From contig CBDDFZ010000001.1 in NCBI GenBank assembly GCA_965227515.1, forward strand, positions 224,001-288,000: 64,000 bases of DNA. The letters are read 5' to 3'. The stretch's first letter is position 1. The number at the start of each line of letters is the position of its first letter. Positions 30,211 to 41,607 of this stretch are shown here, piece after piece. The notes below the pieces were generated by a model. That model did no database searches, was not told where the DNA came from, and was given only the letters and a program-made list of their open reading frames with translations. Position numbers and translations under genes: made by a program. Origin of the DNA: Alphaproteobacteria bacterium (GTDB lineage Bacteria; Pseudomonadota; Alphaproteobacteria; CALKHQ01).

Positions 30211-32235
30211 ATGAGCGAAGAAGCCGTTCCCGCCAGCCCCGAGCCCGATGACGCCAGCGATGCGCCCGCCGATCCTCGGCCTTCGCTGACCCGTGGCCGC
30301 GCGCTGATCCAGGCCCGGCTGAAGACAATGCCGTCCTCGCCCGGCGTCTACCGCATGCTCGATGGCCGCGGCGACGCGCTCTACGTCGGCAAGGCGGCGA
30401 ACCTGAAACGGCGGGTGACCTCGTACACCCAGCTCGCCAAGCTGCCGATCCGTCTGCAGCGGATGGTCGCCGAGACCCGGCAGCTGGAAGTGGTGACGAC
30501 CCATACCGAGGTCGAGGCGCTGCTGCTCGAGATCAACCTGATCAAACGCCTGAAGCCGCGCTTCAACGTGCTGCTGCGCGACGACAAGTCGTTCCCGTAC
30601 ATCTTCGTGGCGTCTACGCAGCCGGACGGAGAGGACGGGCCGCCGCGCTTCCCCCGGGTCACCAAGTACCGTGGCGCGCGCAACAAGGACGGCGACTATT
30701 TCGGGCCGTTCGCGTCGGCCGGCGCGGTCAACCGCACGCTGACCGCGCTGCAACGCGTGTTCCTGCTGCGCTCGTGCTCCGACAACGTGTTCGCCAGCCG
30801 GTCGCGACCGTGCCTGCTCTACCAGATCAAGCGGTGCAGCGCGCCGTGCGTCGGCCGCATCTCCGGCGAAGAGTACGACCGGCTGCTGGCCGATGCCCGC
30901 GCCTTCCTGAGCGGCCAGAGCCAGGCAGTGCAGACCCGCCTCGCCGCCCAGATGGAACAGGCATCGGCGGAGATGGCGTTCGAGACCGCGGCCGTGTTCC
31001 GCGACCGTATCCGCGCGCTGGCCCACGTGCAGAGCCACCAGGACATCAACATCGACGGCATCGGCGACACCGACGTCATCGCCGCCGCGCAGTCCGGCGG
31101 CCAGACCTGCGTGCAGGTGTTCTTCTTCCGCTCCGGCTCCAATTACGGCAACCGCGCCTATTTCCCGCGCCACGACAAGACCGACGCGCTGCCCGACATC
31201 CTGTCCGCCTTCATCGGCCAGTTCTACGAGAACAAGGCGCCGCCGGCACGCCTGGTGCTGAGCCATGCGCCGGCCGAGGCCGACCTGCTGGCCGAGGCGC
31301 TGAGCGTGCGGGCGGAGCGCAAGGTGCGCATCGCGGTCCCGCAGCGCGGCTCCAAGCGGAACCTGGTCGAGCACGCCCTCAACAACGCCGAGCAGACGCT
31401 CGCCCGCCACCTCGCCGAGTCGAGCACCCAGCGCCGTCTGCTGGAGCAACTCGCCGACGCGCTCGACCTGGACGCGTCGCCGGAGCGGATCGAAGTCTAC
31501 GACAACAGCCACATCCAGGGCGCCAACCCCTATGGCGCGATGATCGTGGCCGGGCCGGACGGGTTCATGAAGGCGAACTACCGCAAGTTCGCCATCCGCA
31601 ACGTGGCCAAGAAGGGCGCGAAGGCGCCGGAGGCGGCCGATGGCATGGCGGAAGACGCAGAGCCGTACGTCGAAGCGCCCCAGGTCCAGGCTGGCGACGA
31701 CTACGCGATGATGCGCCAGGTGATCGAGCGCCGCTTCACCCGCGCGATCAAGGAGGACCCGGACAAGACCCGGGGGCAATGGCCCGACCTGATCCTGATC
31801 GACGGCGGCAAGGGCCAGCTCAACGTGACCCTGGAGGTGATGGACGACCTCGGCATCGACGACGTGGCGGTGGCGGGCATCGCCAAGGGGCCGGACCGCA
31901 ACGCCGGGCGCGAGGAGATCTACCTGCCCGGCCGCGCCGCCCCGATCACGTTGCCCGACCGCGACCCGGTGCTCTATTTCCTGCAGCGCATCCGCGACGA
32001 GGCGCACCGCTTCGCCATCGGTACCCACCGGGCGAAGCGCTCGGCCCAGATCGCGCGCTCGGTGCTGGACGAAATCCCCGGCATCGGGGCGGCGCGCAAG
32101 AAGGCGCTGCTGCTGCACTTCGGTTCGGCGCGCGGGGTGCAGAGCGCCGGCGTGTCCGACCTCGCCCAGGTCGCCGGCATCAACCAGGGCGTCGCCCAGC
32201 GCATCTACGACTTCTTCCACGAGGGGAAGTCATAG
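30211..32235 (+). CDS. uvrC: Excinuclease ABC subunit C
   Basis: PGVYRM...YVGKA GIY-YIG, Cys cluster, RIEVYDNSH, LIDGGKGQ, RDEAHRFA, C-terminal HhH. Confidence 0.98.
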   Translation: MSEEAVPASPEPDDASDAPADPRPSLTRGRALIQARLKTMPSSPGVYRMLDGRGDALYVGKAANLKRRVTSYTQLAKLPIRLQRMVAETRQLEVVTTHTEVEALLLEINLIKRLKPRFNVLLRDDKSFPYIFVASTQPDGEDGPPRFPRVTKYRGARNKDGDYFGPFASAGAVNRTLTALQRVFLLRSCSDNVFASRSRPCLLYQIKRCSAPCVGRISGEEYDRLLADARAFLSGQSQAVQTRLAAQMEQASAEMAFETAAVFRDRIRALAHVQSHQDINIDGIGDTDVIAAAQSGGQTCVQVFFFRSGSNYGNRAYFPRHDKTDALPDILSAFIGQFYENKAPPARLVLSHAPAEADLLAEALSVRAERKVRIAVPQRGSKRNLVEHALNNAEQTLARHLAESSTQRRLLEQLADALDLDASPERIEVYDNSHIQGANPYGAMIVAGPDGFMKANYRKFAIRNVAKKGAKAPEAADGMAEDAEPYVEAPQVQAGDDYAMMRQVIERRFTRAIKEDPDKTRGQWPDLILIDGGKGQLNVTLEVMDDLGIDDVAVAGIAKGPDRNAGREEIYLPGRAAPITLPDRDPVLYFLQRIRDEAHRFAIGTHRAKRSAQIARSVLDEIPGIGAARKKALLLHFGSARGVQSAGVSDLAQVAGINQGVAQRIYDFFHEGKS

Positions 32236-32251
32236 CCATGACGGGGTTTCC

Positions 32252-32602
32252 TTGAGCACCGCAATCACCGAACGCCTGCGCGCGATCTGCCTGGCGCTGC
32301 CGGAGGCGACCGAGAAGGAGGCGTGGGGCGACCCCACGTTCCGCATCCGCGACAAGATCTTCGCGATGGAGAAGCGCGGCGACGGACGGGTCTCGATCTG
32401 GTGCAAAGCGGCACCCGGCAGCCAGGAGATCCTGGTCGGCGCCGACCCCGAGACCTTCTTCGTGCCGCCCTATGTCGGCCACAAGGGCTGGGTCGGCATG
32501 CGGCTGGACAACGATCCCAACTGGGACGAGGTCGCCACCGTGGTCGGGCGCAGCTACGCGCTGATCGCCCCGAAGAAGTTGGCCGCGTTGGTCGAGACAT
32601 GA
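32252..32602 (+). CDS. MmcQ/YjbR family protein
   Basis: CLALPEATE...PTFRIRDKIFA...FFVPPYVGHKGWVG...SYALIAPK. Confidence 0.85.
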   Translation: MSTAITERLRAICLALPEATEKEAWGDPTFRIRDKIFAMEKRGDGRVSIWCKAAPGSQEILVGADPETFFVPPYVGHKGWVGMRLDNDPNWDEVATVVGRSYALIAPKKLAALVET

Positions 32603-32607
32603 CGCAC

Positions 32608-32691
32608 GTAGCCAGGGTGGAGCGGAGCGGAACCCGGGGTCCTCGTCGGCTGGCGCCGAACCCGGGTTGCGTTGCACGCCACCCGGGCTAC
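32608..32691. repeat. GTAG-type REP doublet copy 2
   Basis: GTAGCCAGGGTGGAGCGGAGCGGAACCCGGGG...CCCGGGTTGCGTTGCACGCCACCCGGGCTAC. Confidence 0.85.
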
Positions 32692-32710
32692 GTTCACGAC
32701 CGTGCAGGCA

Positions 32711-33472
32711 TCAAATCGACCCCGCTTCAACCATGTAGTTGTTGGCGGTGCACATGGCCGCGTCGTCGGAGGCGAGGAACAACACCATGCGGGCGAGGTA
32801 GACCGGGTCGATCAGGTCGGGCAGGCACTGCTTCTCGCGGTGCGCCTCCAGCGCTTCCGGCGTCGCCCACAAGGTCTTCTGGCGCTCGGTCATCACCCAG
32901 CCCGGCACCACCGTATTGACCCGGATGCGGTGCTTGCCGAGGTCGCGGGCGAAAGCGCGGGTCATGCCGTGCACGGCCGCCTTGGCCGAGGTGTAGACCG
33001 GCATGCCGCCCGCCTTCTCCCACCAGGAATTGGAGCCGAAGTTGACGATCGCGCCCTTGCCGGCGGCGATCATGCCGGGCGCCACCGCCTGGATGGCGAA
33101 GAACATATGGCGCAGATTGGTGGCGATGCGCTCGTCGTAATACTCCGGCGTCACCTCGTCCCAGGGGTGGCGGTCGTCGCGCGCCGCGTTGTTGACCAGC
33201 ACCTGGGCCGGCCCAACCGCCTCGGCCATCGCCGCGAACGCGGTCTTCAGCGCCGCGATGTCGCGCAGGTCGCAGATCTCGTGATGGACGGTGGCGCCCG
33301 TGGCCATGAGCTCGTCGGTCAGCGCGGCACTCCCCCCGGCGTCCATGTCGACGAAGGCGATGCGCGAGCCCTGGGCGGCAAACGCACGCACGATCTGCTC
33401 GCCGATGCCCGACGCGCCGCCGGTGATGAAGACGGCAACATCCTTGAGGCTGGGATAGGTGGCAAACGCCAT
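32711..33472 (-). CDS. SDR oxidoreductase, aldose (D-xylose 1-dehydrogenase-like) subfamily
   Basis: YPSL..TGGASGIG, NNAARDDRH, YTSAK, PGWVMTERQ. Confidence 0.8.
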   Translation of the reverse strand: MAFATYPSLKDVAVFITGGASGIGEQIVRAFAAQGSRIAFVDMDAGGSAALTDELMATGATVHHEICDLRDIAALKTAFAAMAEAVGPAQVLVNNAARDDRHPWDEVTPEYYDERIATNLRHMFFAIQAVAPGMIAAGKGAIVNFGSNSWWEKAGGMPVYTSAKAAVHGMTRAFARDLGKHRIRVNTVVPGWVMTERQKTLWATPEALEAHREKQCLPDLIDPVYLARMVLFLASDDAAMCTANNYMVEAGSI

Positions 33473-33547
33473 AATGCGCTCCTGTAATCGATTACGTAAG
33501 TGGATGGGACGGCGGAAGTTGCGGGGCGCGACGCATTCGGGACGGCG

Positions 33548-34189
33548 TCAGCCGTCGGCTTGCAGCACGTCGCAGATGGTGTAGATCAACAGGCGGGTCG
33601 AGGCACCACCGGGATCGGGATGGCCGATCGACCGGTCGCCCAGGAACGAGGCGCGGCCCTTGGTCGCCTTCATCGGGATGGTGGCCTCCAGCGCGGCGTC
33701 GGCCTGGGCGCAGACCTTGCGCATGATCTCGGCAGCGTCGTCGCCGGCCTCGGCCGCGGTGGCCAGCGTGCGCTGCACCGGCACCCACACGTCCAGCATG
33801 GTCTTGGCGCCGACATCGGACTTGCCGCGGGTCTTGATCGCCTCGATACCGGCATCCAGCATGTCGGCGAGGTCGCCGGGCTTGATCAGCTTCAGCTCGT
33901 CGGCCGCCTTGCCCATGGCCATCAGCAGGCTGCCATAGAGCGGGCCAGACGCGCCGCCGACCTTCATCACCAGGGTCATGCCGGCCTTCTTCAGCGCCTC
34001 GCCCATCGGCATGGCGGCGAGATCGTCGGCATTCTCGCTCAGGGCTGCGAAGCCCCGCTTCATGTTGACGCCGTGGTCGCCGTCGCCGATCGCCTGGTCC
34101 AGCTCGGTCAAATGCTGCGCGTTCTCGGCAATTGTCTCGGCCGCGGCACGGATGATGCGCGCCATCAGCGGCCCGTAGTCGACCACCAT
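33548..34189 (-). CDS. dhaL: Dihydroxyacetone kinase ADP-binding subunit (DAK2 domain)
   Basis: LDQAIGDGDHG, VGGASGPLYG, KTMLD, KGRASFLGDRSIGHPDPG. Confidence 0.93.
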   Translation of the reverse strand: MVVDYGPLMARIIRAAAETIAENAQHLTELDQAIGDGDHGVNMKRGFAALSENADDLAAMPMGEALKKAGMTLVMKVGGASGPLYGSLLMAMGKAADELKLIKPGDLADMLDAGIEAIKTRGKSDVGAKTMLDVWVPVQRTLATAAEAGDDAAEIMRKVCAQADAALEATIPMKATKGRASFLGDRSIGHPDPGGASTRLLIYTICDVLQADG

Positions 34190-34339
34190 GTGTCCTCCCC
34201 TGGAAATTGAACTCGTGATTGCGGGCCAGAGTGCGGCGACAGCGGTGCGCCGTCAAGCCGCGCCTGCTTGCGGGCCGGGCCGGCCGGGGCTATCACGGGT
34301 GCGCGCGGCGACGTCCCGCCAACACCACACGGACTGAAC

Positions 34340-35647
34340 ATGATCCCTCGCTACTCCCGGCCGGAGATGGCCGCCATCTGGTCGCCGGAAACCAAGTTCC
34401 AGATCTGGCTCGACATCGAGACCCTGGCGACCGAGGCACAGGCGAAGATCGGCGCGGTGCCCCAGGAGGCCGCCAAGGCGGTGCGGGAACGCGGCGGCTT
34501 CGACGTCGCCCGCATCGACGCCATCGAGGCGGAGGTGAAGCACGACGTCATCGCCTTCCTGACCAGCGTGGCCGAGCACGTGGGGCCCGAGGCGCGCTTT
34601 GTGCACCAGGGCATGACCTCGTCGGACGTGCTGGACACCTGCCTGGCCGTGCAACTGACCCGCGCCGCCGACCTGCTGCTGGCCGACCTGGATGCGCTGC
34701 TGGCCGCGCTGGAGCGCCGCGCGCTGGAGCACAAGGCCACACCGTGCATCGGGCGCAGCCACGGCATTCACGCCGAGCCGACCACGTTCGGCCTGAAGCT
34801 GGCCGGCCACTATGCCGAGTTCGCACGCTGCCGCGAACGGCTGGTCGACGCGCGGCGGGAGGTGGCGACCTGCGCCATCTCCGGTCCCGTGGGCACGTTC
34901 GCGTCCATCGACCCGGCCGTAGAGGCCCATGTGGCGGCGGCACTGGGGCTGGCGGTCGAGCCGGTGTCGACCCAGGTCATCCCGCGGGACCGCCACGCCA
35001 TGTTCTTCTGCGTGCTGGGGGTGATCGCCGGCGCGGTGGAACGGCTGGCAACCGAGATCAGGCACCTGCAGCGCACCGAGGTGCGCGAGGCCGAGGAGTA
35101 CTTCGCACCGAGCCAGAAGGGCTCGTCGGCGATGCCGCACAAGCGCAACCCGGTGCTGAGCGAGAACCTGACCGGGCTGGCCCGCTTGGTGCGCGCCGCC
35201 GTGGTTCCCGCCCTGGAGAACGTCGCCCTGTGGCACGAACGCGACATCTCGCACTCCGCCGTCGAGCGGGTGCAGGCGCCGGATGCGACGGTGACGCTGG
35301 ACTTCGCGCTCGCCCGCCTGACCGGCGTGGTCGACAAGCTGGTGGTCTACCCGGAGCGAATGGCCGAGAACCTGGCGGCGCTGGGCGGCCTCGTCCACTC
35401 GCAACAAGTGCTTCTGGAGTTGACCCAGGCCGGCTTTGCGCGCGAGGACGCCTATCGGATCGTGCAACGCAACGCCATGGCGGTGTGGGCGGACGGCGGG
35501 ACCTTCCGCGAGGCGTTGGCCGCCGATTCCGAGGTCGCCAATGTGCTGGACGACGCAGCGCTTGACCGCGCGTTCTCGCTGGCGCCTCACCAACGGCATG
35601 TGGATGCAGTGTTCGCGCGGGTATTCGAGAAAGGCGGCCCCGCCTGA
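34340..35647 (+). CDS. purB: Adenylosuccinate lyase
   Basis: MIPRYS start, [30 protein letters not shown]. Confidence 0.98.
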   Translation: MIPRYSRPEMAAIWSPETKFQIWLDIETLATEAQAKIGAVPQEAAKAVRERGGFDVARIDAIEAEVKHDVIAFLTSVAEHVGPEARFVHQGMTSSDVLDTCLAVQLTRAADLLLADLDALLAALERRALEHKATPCIGRSHGIHAEPTTFGLKLAGHYAEFARCRERLVDARREVATCAISGPVGTFASIDPAVEAHVAAALGLAVEPVSTQVIPRDRHAMFFCVLGVIAGAVERLATEIRHLQRTEVREAEEYFAPSQKGSSAMPHKRNPVLSENLTGLARLVRAAVVPALENVALWHERDISHSAVERVQAPDATVTLDFALARLTGVVDKLVVYPERMAENLAALGGLVHSQQVLLELTQAGFAREDAYRIVQRNAMAVWADGGTFREALAADSEVANVLDDAALDRAFSLAPHQRHVDAVFARVFEKGGPA

Positions 35648-35979
35648 TGGCCGGCGCGTCCGGCGGCAATGGCCGGCTGATCGCGGTCGCCTTCCTGCAG
35701 GCCTTCGGACTGTTCGTCTGTCTGGTGCTGGCGATGGCGATCGTCACCTCGGCCGGTCTGGCCGAGGGTGGGTTGAACTGGCCGATGATCGCGGCCGGCC
35801 TGGCCTGCGCCTTCTATCTCGCGGCCATCTGGCAATTCATTCGCAGCCTGACGTGGTTCCTGATCGGATTATTGCTGTGGTGCGTAATCTGTTTCGGCCT
35901 GTTGCTCGTGTTGCCGGAATGGATCATGCAATTCACCAGCGCGGTGCCGGCAGCGGCTGAAAATGGGTTCGCGCAATAA
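35647..35979 (+). CDS. Hypothetical membrane protein (3 hydrophobic segments)
   Basis: ATG overlaps the purB stop; strongly hydrophobic. Confidence 0.55.
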   Translation: MAGASGGNGRLIAVAFLQAFGLFVCLVLAMAIVTSAGLAEGGLNWPMIAAGLACAFYLAAIWQFIRSLTWFLIGLLLWCVICFGLLLVLPEWIMQFTSAVPAAAENGFAQ

Positions 35980-36280
35980 CACCTGCGACGCGCGTACTGC
36001 CCAGCCTTTCCTTCAATTCTAGGGCGAGCGGAGAACAGTCCGAAGTTTTAGTTGAACCACTTCCCAGCATTTCAGACGATTTCGAATGGCATTTTAAGTA
36101 AATACTCTTCGTCCTTCCCTTGCACATCCTTTGATCAAACCAATCCCATGTTTGGTAATTAATTGGCCCTTAGGGAATTTCTGATTCTATCCAAATACGC
36201 AGACGACGCGAACGCCGGGATAGAGCGCCCGTTGATTGACCGCTCATACCCGGCACGCCGACCAAAATGGGGTGTACATT

Positions 36281-37765
36281 ATGAAGACCAGCGTGCTGAA
36301 GGCCACGCTCGATGCGGTATTGGAGTCCCAGGCCGTCATTGAATTTCAGATGGATGGAACGATCCTAACCGCGAATGCGAATTTCCTCGACGCGATGGGC
36401 TATTCGCTGGACGAGATCAAGGGCAAGCACCACAGCATGTTCGTCGATCCGGCGGAAGCGAACGGAGCGCCATACAAGGCGTTCTGGGAGAGCTTGCGCC
36501 GCGGCGACTTTCAGGCCGCGGAGTTCATGCGGGTTGCCAATGGTGGCCGGACGATCTGGATCCAGGCCGTCTACTGCCCAATCAAGGACTCGCGTGGCAG
36601 GCCGACCAAGGTGGTGAAGTTCGCCACCGACATCACCGCACGCAAGCTGGAGAACGCCAACTATCAAGGACAGATCGAGGCCATCGGCAAGTCCCAGGCG
36701 GTGATCGAGTTCGAGTTGGATGGCACGATTATTACGGCCAACCAGAACTTCCTGGCCACGCTCGGCTACACCCTTGATGAAATCAAAGGCAAGCACCACC
36801 GTATGTTTGTCGACCCGGCCTACGCCGGCTCGGCCGAATACCACCAGTTCTGGGACAATCTCGGGGCCGGGCGATATGACGCCGGCGAGTACAAGCGCAT
36901 GAAGAAGGACGGTGGCGAGATCTGGATCCAGGCCAGCTACAACCCGATCAGCGATCCGATGGGCAAGCCGTTCAAGGTCGTCAAGTACGCGACCGATATC
37001 ACCAAGCAGGTGCTGGCGCGCCAGGAAGCCGATCGGGTCGGCAAGATCATCGATGCCAATCTGGAACAGATTGTGCAGAGCGTCACCAACGCCAACCTGC
37101 AGTCCGCCTCGGCCAACGGTGCTTCGGACCAGACCCTGACGACCGTTCAATCGATCGCCAGCGCCACGGAAGAGCTGGAGGCCACCGCGCGCGAGATCGC
37201 GCAATCCATGGTGGTCTCGCGCAGCGAGGCCGAGAAGGCGATGGCGGAGACCAACGCGACCGACACGTCGACACAGGCGTTGACGAAGGCCGCTGAGTCG
37301 ATGACCAACATCGTCAAGATCATTCAGGACATCGCCAACCAGATCAATCTGCTGGCCCTGAACGCCACCATCGAGTCCGCGCGCGCGGGCGAGGCCGGCA
37401 AGGGATTTGCCGTCGTTGCGTCCGAGGTCAAGTCGCTGGCCAACCAGGTGGCGTCCGCGACCGAGCAGATCACCGACGAGATCGCCGGCGTTCAGTCGGT
37501 CTCGGCCGAGGTGGTCAATCGTCTCAACGCGATCAAGCACGCGGTCGAATCGGTACAGACGAGTGTCACTGGCACGGCCAGCGCCTCCGAAGAGCAGAGC
37601 ATGACGATCCGCGAGATCGCCTCGAACATGCAGACCGCGTCCTCGGCTGTCAGCGACACCAGCGACGGGCTGAAGGGCGTCAGCCAGGCGATCGAGGAAG
37701 CCAACGCACTCGCCGACGAAGGCATCCGCCTTTACCGGGAGATGCAGTCCCAGCAAGCCGCCTAG
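36281..37765 (+). CDS. Cytoplasmic PAS-PAS methyl-accepting chemotaxis protein (BdlA-like), copy 1
   Basis: Two SQAVIEF...GKHH.MFV...WIQA.Y.P PAS repeats; [27 protein letters not shown]; no TM helix. Confidence 0.93.
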   Translation: MKTSVLKATLDAVLESQAVIEFQMDGTILTANANFLDAMGYSLDEIKGKHHSMFVDPAEANGAPYKAFWESLRRGDFQAAEFMRVANGGRTIWIQAVYCPIKDSRGRPTKVVKFATDITARKLENANYQGQIEAIGKSQAVIEFELDGTIITANQNFLATLGYTLDEIKGKHHRMFVDPAYAGSAEYHQFWDNLGAGRYDAGEYKRMKKDGGEIWIQASYNPISDPMGKPFKVVKYATDITKQVLARQEADRVGKIIDANLEQIVQSVTNANLQSASANGASDQTLTTVQSIASATEELEATAREIAQSMVVSRSEAEKAMAETNATDTSTQALTKAAESMTNIVKIIQDIANQINLLALNATIESARAGEAGKGFAVVASEVKSLANQVASATEQITDEIAGVQSVSAEVVNRLNAIKHAVESVQTSVTGTASASEEQSMTIREIASNMQTASSAVSDTSDGLKGVSQAIEEANALADEGIRLYREMQSQQAA

Positions 37766-38120
37766 GACCACCAAGCCCGACAGTCGCGCGTGCCGCCCCG
37801 CTACACGGCGCGCCGCGGCTGCCGGTCCGTTCTTCCCGCCCGTCGACAGGGCCGAGACCGTCGAACAAGCCCCCGCGATCTCGATAAAGCAGCGACAGCC
37901 GCTAGAACAACCTCGATAACATCATTTAATTGCAACTTGCACACCCAGTACTGATCAGCCTGTTCAGCCAACAATGCTGAACGGGCCGCCTCCCGTTGTG
38001 CCAATTGACCAATTTTTAGAACATTGATGCTCGAATACGCCTGGATGTCTTCGGAATTTCCGGTCAACGCGGGTCCGATGACGGGGCTTGGGCAATTTTT
38101 TGAGTGAAAAGGTTGGGCTG

Positions 38121-39605
38121 ATGAACGGATCGGTGCTGAAGGCAATTCTGGCTGCGGTACATCGCTCGCAGGCGGTCATCGAGTTTGAACTGGACGGAAC
38201 GATCATCACGGCCAATTCGAACTTCCTGGACGCCATGGGCTATACCCTGGATGAAGTGAAGGGCAAGCACCACCGTATGTTCGTCAGCCCTGAATATGCG
38301 GACAGCGAGGAATACAAGGCATTCTGGGAGAGCCTGCGCAAGGGCCACTTCCAGGCCGCCGAGTACAAGCGATTTGCCAAGGGCGGCAAGGAGATCTGGA
38401 TCCAGGCCACCTACAACCCGGTGCTGAACGGATCCGGCAAGCCCATTCGCGTCATCAAGTTCGCCACCGATGTCACCGCCCAGAAGCTGCGCAACGCGGA
38501 CTACCAGGGCCAGATCGAGGCGATCCACAAGTCCCAGGCGGTGATCGAATTCAACCTCGACGGCACCATCCTGAAAGCCAACGAGAACTTCTGCCGGGCC
38601 CTGGGCTACCGCGAGCACGAAATCGTCGGCAAACACCATCGCATGTTCGTCGATACGGCATATGCAAACTCGGACGACTATCACCGTTTCTGGGAAACGC
38701 TCTCGCGCGGCCAGTTCCTGTCGGGCGAGTTCAAGCGCGTCGACAAGAGCGGCAACGAAGTCTGGATCCAGGCCAGCTACAACCCGATCTTCGATCCTGA
38801 CGGCCGCCCGTTCAAAGTGGTCAAGTTTGCTTCCGACATCACTGAGCAGGTGCATGCGCGCATGGAGGCCGAGCGCGTCGCGGAGTCCATCGAGCGGAAC
38901 CTAGACAACATCGTCGAAAGCGTGAACGCGGCCAGCATGCAGTCGGCATCGGCGTCGAGCGCCTCCGATCAAACGTCGTCCATGGTGCAGGCGGTCGCCA
39001 GCGCCACCGAGGAGTTGGAGGCCACGACCCGCGAGATCGCCCATTCCATGACCATGTCGCAGACGGACGCGGAAAGGGCGATGTCGGAGACAGAGGCAAC
39101 CGATTCGTCCACCCAGGATCTGGCGAAGGTCGCGGAATCGATGACCAATATCGTCAAGATCATCCAGGACATCGCCAACCAGATCAACCTGTTGGCGCTG
39201 AATGCCACCATCGAGTCCGCGCGCGCCGGCGAGGCCGGCAAGGGCTTTGCCGTGGTCGCATCGGAGGTGAAGACGCTCGCCAATCAGGTCGCGTCGGCGA
39301 CTGAGCAGATCAGCGAGGAGATCAGCGGCGTTCAGACGGTCTCGGGCAAGGTGGTCGAGCGGCTGTCAGCCATCAAACGCGCCGTGGAGTCGGTGCAGAC
39401 CAGTGTCACCAGTTCCGCGTCGGCCATTGAAGAGCAGAACATGGCGATGAAGGAGATCGCGACCAACATGCAGACCGCCGCGCAAGCGGTCAGCGATACG
39501 GGCGATGGGCTGAACGGCGCCAATGACGCAATTGGCCGCGCCAACGAGTTCGCCAACGAGGTGCTGCGGCTGCATCACGAATCCAAGGCAGCCCAAGCGG
39601 CCTAG
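38121..39605 (+). CDS. Cytoplasmic PAS-PAS methyl-accepting chemotaxis protein, copy 2
   Basis: Same architecture and same 1485-bp length as copy 1. Confidence 0.93.
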   Translation: MNGSVLKAILAAVHRSQAVIEFELDGTIITANSNFLDAMGYTLDEVKGKHHRMFVSPEYADSEEYKAFWESLRKGHFQAAEYKRFAKGGKEIWIQATYNPVLNGSGKPIRVIKFATDVTAQKLRNADYQGQIEAIHKSQAVIEFNLDGTILKANENFCRALGYREHEIVGKHHRMFVDTAYANSDDYHRFWETLSRGQFLSGEFKRVDKSGNEVWIQASYNPIFDPDGRPFKVVKFASDITEQVHARMEAERVAESIERNLDNIVESVNAASMQSASASSASDQTSSMVQAVASATEELEATTREIAHSMTMSQTDAERAMSETEATDSSTQDLAKVAESMTNIVKIIQDIANQINLLALNATIESARAGEAGKGFAVVASEVKTLANQVASATEQISEEISGVQTVSGKVVERLSAIKRAVESVQTSVTSSASAIEEQNMAMKEIATNMQTAAQAVSDTGDGLNGANDAIGRANEFANEVLRLHHESKAAQAA

Positions 39606-39716
39606 CGGAGACGGCGCCCCGGCGCCGCCAGCCCCCCAACGACGAGACGGTCCGCACCCCGCAGGTGCGGGCCGTTATTTCATGCGTGCGCCCGCAATAG
39701 GCGGAGGCCGGGAATA

Positions 39717-40043
39717 TCAGCCGGCTTCGGCCTGGAGCTGGGCCAGCGCCGTCGACAGCAGTTCTTCCATCTGCTTGCGCAGCCGGTGCTCCGACATTTC
39801 CACGCCGCGTTCCTGGAAGTCCGCCAGCACTTTTTCCACGACATCGTCGTCGCCCGGCTTCTCGAAGTCGGAGATCACGACCTCCTTGGCGTAGGCATCG
39901 GCGGCGGCGGCCTCCAGGCCGAACTGCTGCGCAGCCCACAAGCCGAGCAGCTTGTTGCGCCGGCTCATCGCCTTGAACTGCAATTCCTGGTCGTTCTTGT
40001 ATTTCGCCTCGAAGGCCTTTTCGCGGTCGTTGAACGACGCCAT
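39717..40043 (-). CDS. F1Fo-ATPase inhibitor zeta subunit (DUF1476)
   Basis: FNDREKAFEAKY..DQELQFKA..RRNKLLGLWAA; divergent from purC. Confidence 0.92.
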   Translation of the reverse strand: MASFNDREKAFEAKYKNDQELQFKAMSRRNKLLGLWAAQQFGLEAAAADAYAKEVVISDFEKPGDDDVVEKVLADFQERGVEMSEHRLRKQMEELLSTALAQLQAEAG

Positions 40044-40296
40044 GTCGGCATGCTCCCGGTTTCAGGTGTTTTGACGTGGTCAAGCTGATCCCCGTTATAT
40101 AGGGGCTTGCAGTGCGTGCAACGACCCTGTGCGCTCAAATGGTCGAGATATTGTGCCCTGGTCCACAATGGCCGGCACATAGCGCGCTCATTGTATTGCC
40201 GGATCGCTGTTGTTATATCCACGGTGTTCACGTCAATCGGAGCGCATGTGCGCATGCGCGGGCGAAGGAGATGGCGGCCTTCCGCCAGACACCCCT

Positions 40297-41061
40297 ATGG
40301 CACGTCGCAGACAGATCTACGAGGGCAAGGCAAAGGTTCTCTACGAGGGCCCGGAGCCGGGCACGATCGTCCAGTACTTCAAGGACGACGCGACCGCCTT
40401 CAACAACACCAAGCGCGGCACGATTACCGGCAAGGGTGTGCTGAACAACCGCATCTCGGAATATTTCATGCAACGGCTGGGCGAGATCGGCGTGCCGACC
40501 CATTTCGTGCGCCGCCTGAACATGCGCGAGCAGCTTGTCCGCGAGGTCGAGATCATCCCGGTCGAGGTGATCATCCGCAACGTTGCCGCCGGCACCTTCG
40601 CCAAGAAGTTCGCCATGCCGGAGGGCACGCCGCTGCCACGGTCCATCGTCGAGTACACCTACAAATCCGACGAATTGGGCGACCCGATGGTGACCGAAGA
40701 GCACATCACCGCCTTCGGCTGGGCGACGCCCCAGGACATCGACGACATCATGGCGCTGTCGCTCAGGATCAACGACTTCCTGTGCGGCCTGCTGTTGGGG
40801 GTCGGTATTCGGCTGGTCGACTTCAAGCTGGAGTTCGGCCGGCTGTGGAACAACGAGGAAATGCGCATCGTGCTGGCTGACGAGATCAGCCCCGACAGCT
40901 GCCGGCTGTGGGACATCGACACCAACGAGCGCATGGACAAGGACCGCTTCCGCCGCGACATGGGCAATGTCGAAGAAGCGTACCAGGAAGTGGCCCGCCG
41001 TCTCGGCATCCTGCCGGATGCCGGCCCGCGTGACATGAAGGGCCCGTCGACCATACAGTAG
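40297..41061 (+). CDS. purC: Phosphoribosylaminoimidazole-succinocarboxamide synthase
   Basis: [38 protein letters not shown]. Confidence 0.98.
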   Translation: MARRRQIYEGKAKVLYEGPEPGTIVQYFKDDATAFNNTKRGTITGKGVLNNRISEYFMQRLGEIGVPTHFVRRLNMREQLVREVEIIPVEVIIRNVAAGTFAKKFAMPEGTPLPRSIVEYTYKSDELGDPMVTEEHITAFGWATPQDIDDIMALSLRINDFLCGLLLGVGIRLVDFKLEFGRLWNNEEMRIVLADEISPDSCRLWDIDTNERMDKDRFRRDMGNVEEAYQEVARRLGILPDAGPRDMKGPSTIQ

Positions 41062-41120
41062 GCTCTAGAGCTGATCGATTGAGTCGGCACCGCGAAACCG
41101 GTCAGGGGAGCAGCCCAGAG

Positions 41121-41363
41121 TTGAAAGCGCACGTGATGATCATGCCCAAGACGGGCGTCCACGACCCGCAGGGCGACGCCATCGCCAACGCCCTGCGCAC
41201 GCTCGGCTTCAGCGACGTGCACGGCGCGCGCCAGGGCAAGATGATCGAGATCGAGTTCGAGGGCGACGATGCCGCCGCGGCGCGCCAGACCGTTGTCGAC
41301 ATGTGCGAGAAGCTGCTGGCCAACACGGTCATCGAATCCTACCGCATCCACGTCGAGGCCTAG
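41121..41363 (+). CDS. purS: Phosphoribosylformylglycinamidine synthase subunit PurS
   Basis: DPQG, RQGK, MCEKLLANTVIESY; TTG start. Confidence 0.96.
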   Translation: MKAHVMIMPKTGVHDPQGDAIANALRTLGFSDVHGARQGKMIEIEFEGDDAAAARQTVVDMCEKLLANTVIESYRIHVEA

Positions 41364-41524
41364 TGTCCCGAATCTGAAGTTCGTAACAGTATCTGCTGGC
41401 CTCGATCGAACTTCAGATTCGATTGGGACACTAGCAACATATTGTTTCTAGTGTGGTTTTCGGTTTCGAAGTTCGCGCAGGTACCACCGCAGTTGTATGG
41501 CGAACTTCGAGACCACCACACTAG
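41360..41524. repeat. Double CTAG-bounded palindromic element (MITE-like)
   Basis: CTAGTGTCCCGAATCTGAAGTTCG...CGAACTTCAGATTCGATTGGGACACTAG, 13-bp spacer, then CTAGTGTGGT...TCGAAGTTCGC...GCGAACTTCGAGACCACCACACTAG. Confidence 0.8.
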
Positions 41525-41607
41525 ATCGTTTCTCGCTTGCGCTGAGGCAGCCGCACCCTGAGCATCTGCCCACCTTTGAGCAAATGCTCAGAATGCCGTC
41601 TCTCGGT

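Noticed and set aside
30202-32220. 672-aa minus-strand ORF
   Set aside because: Antisense to uvrC with no recognisable domain
41360-41524. CRISPR mini-array
   Set aside because: Units are inverted hairpins, not direct repeats with unique spacers; no cas genes in the window
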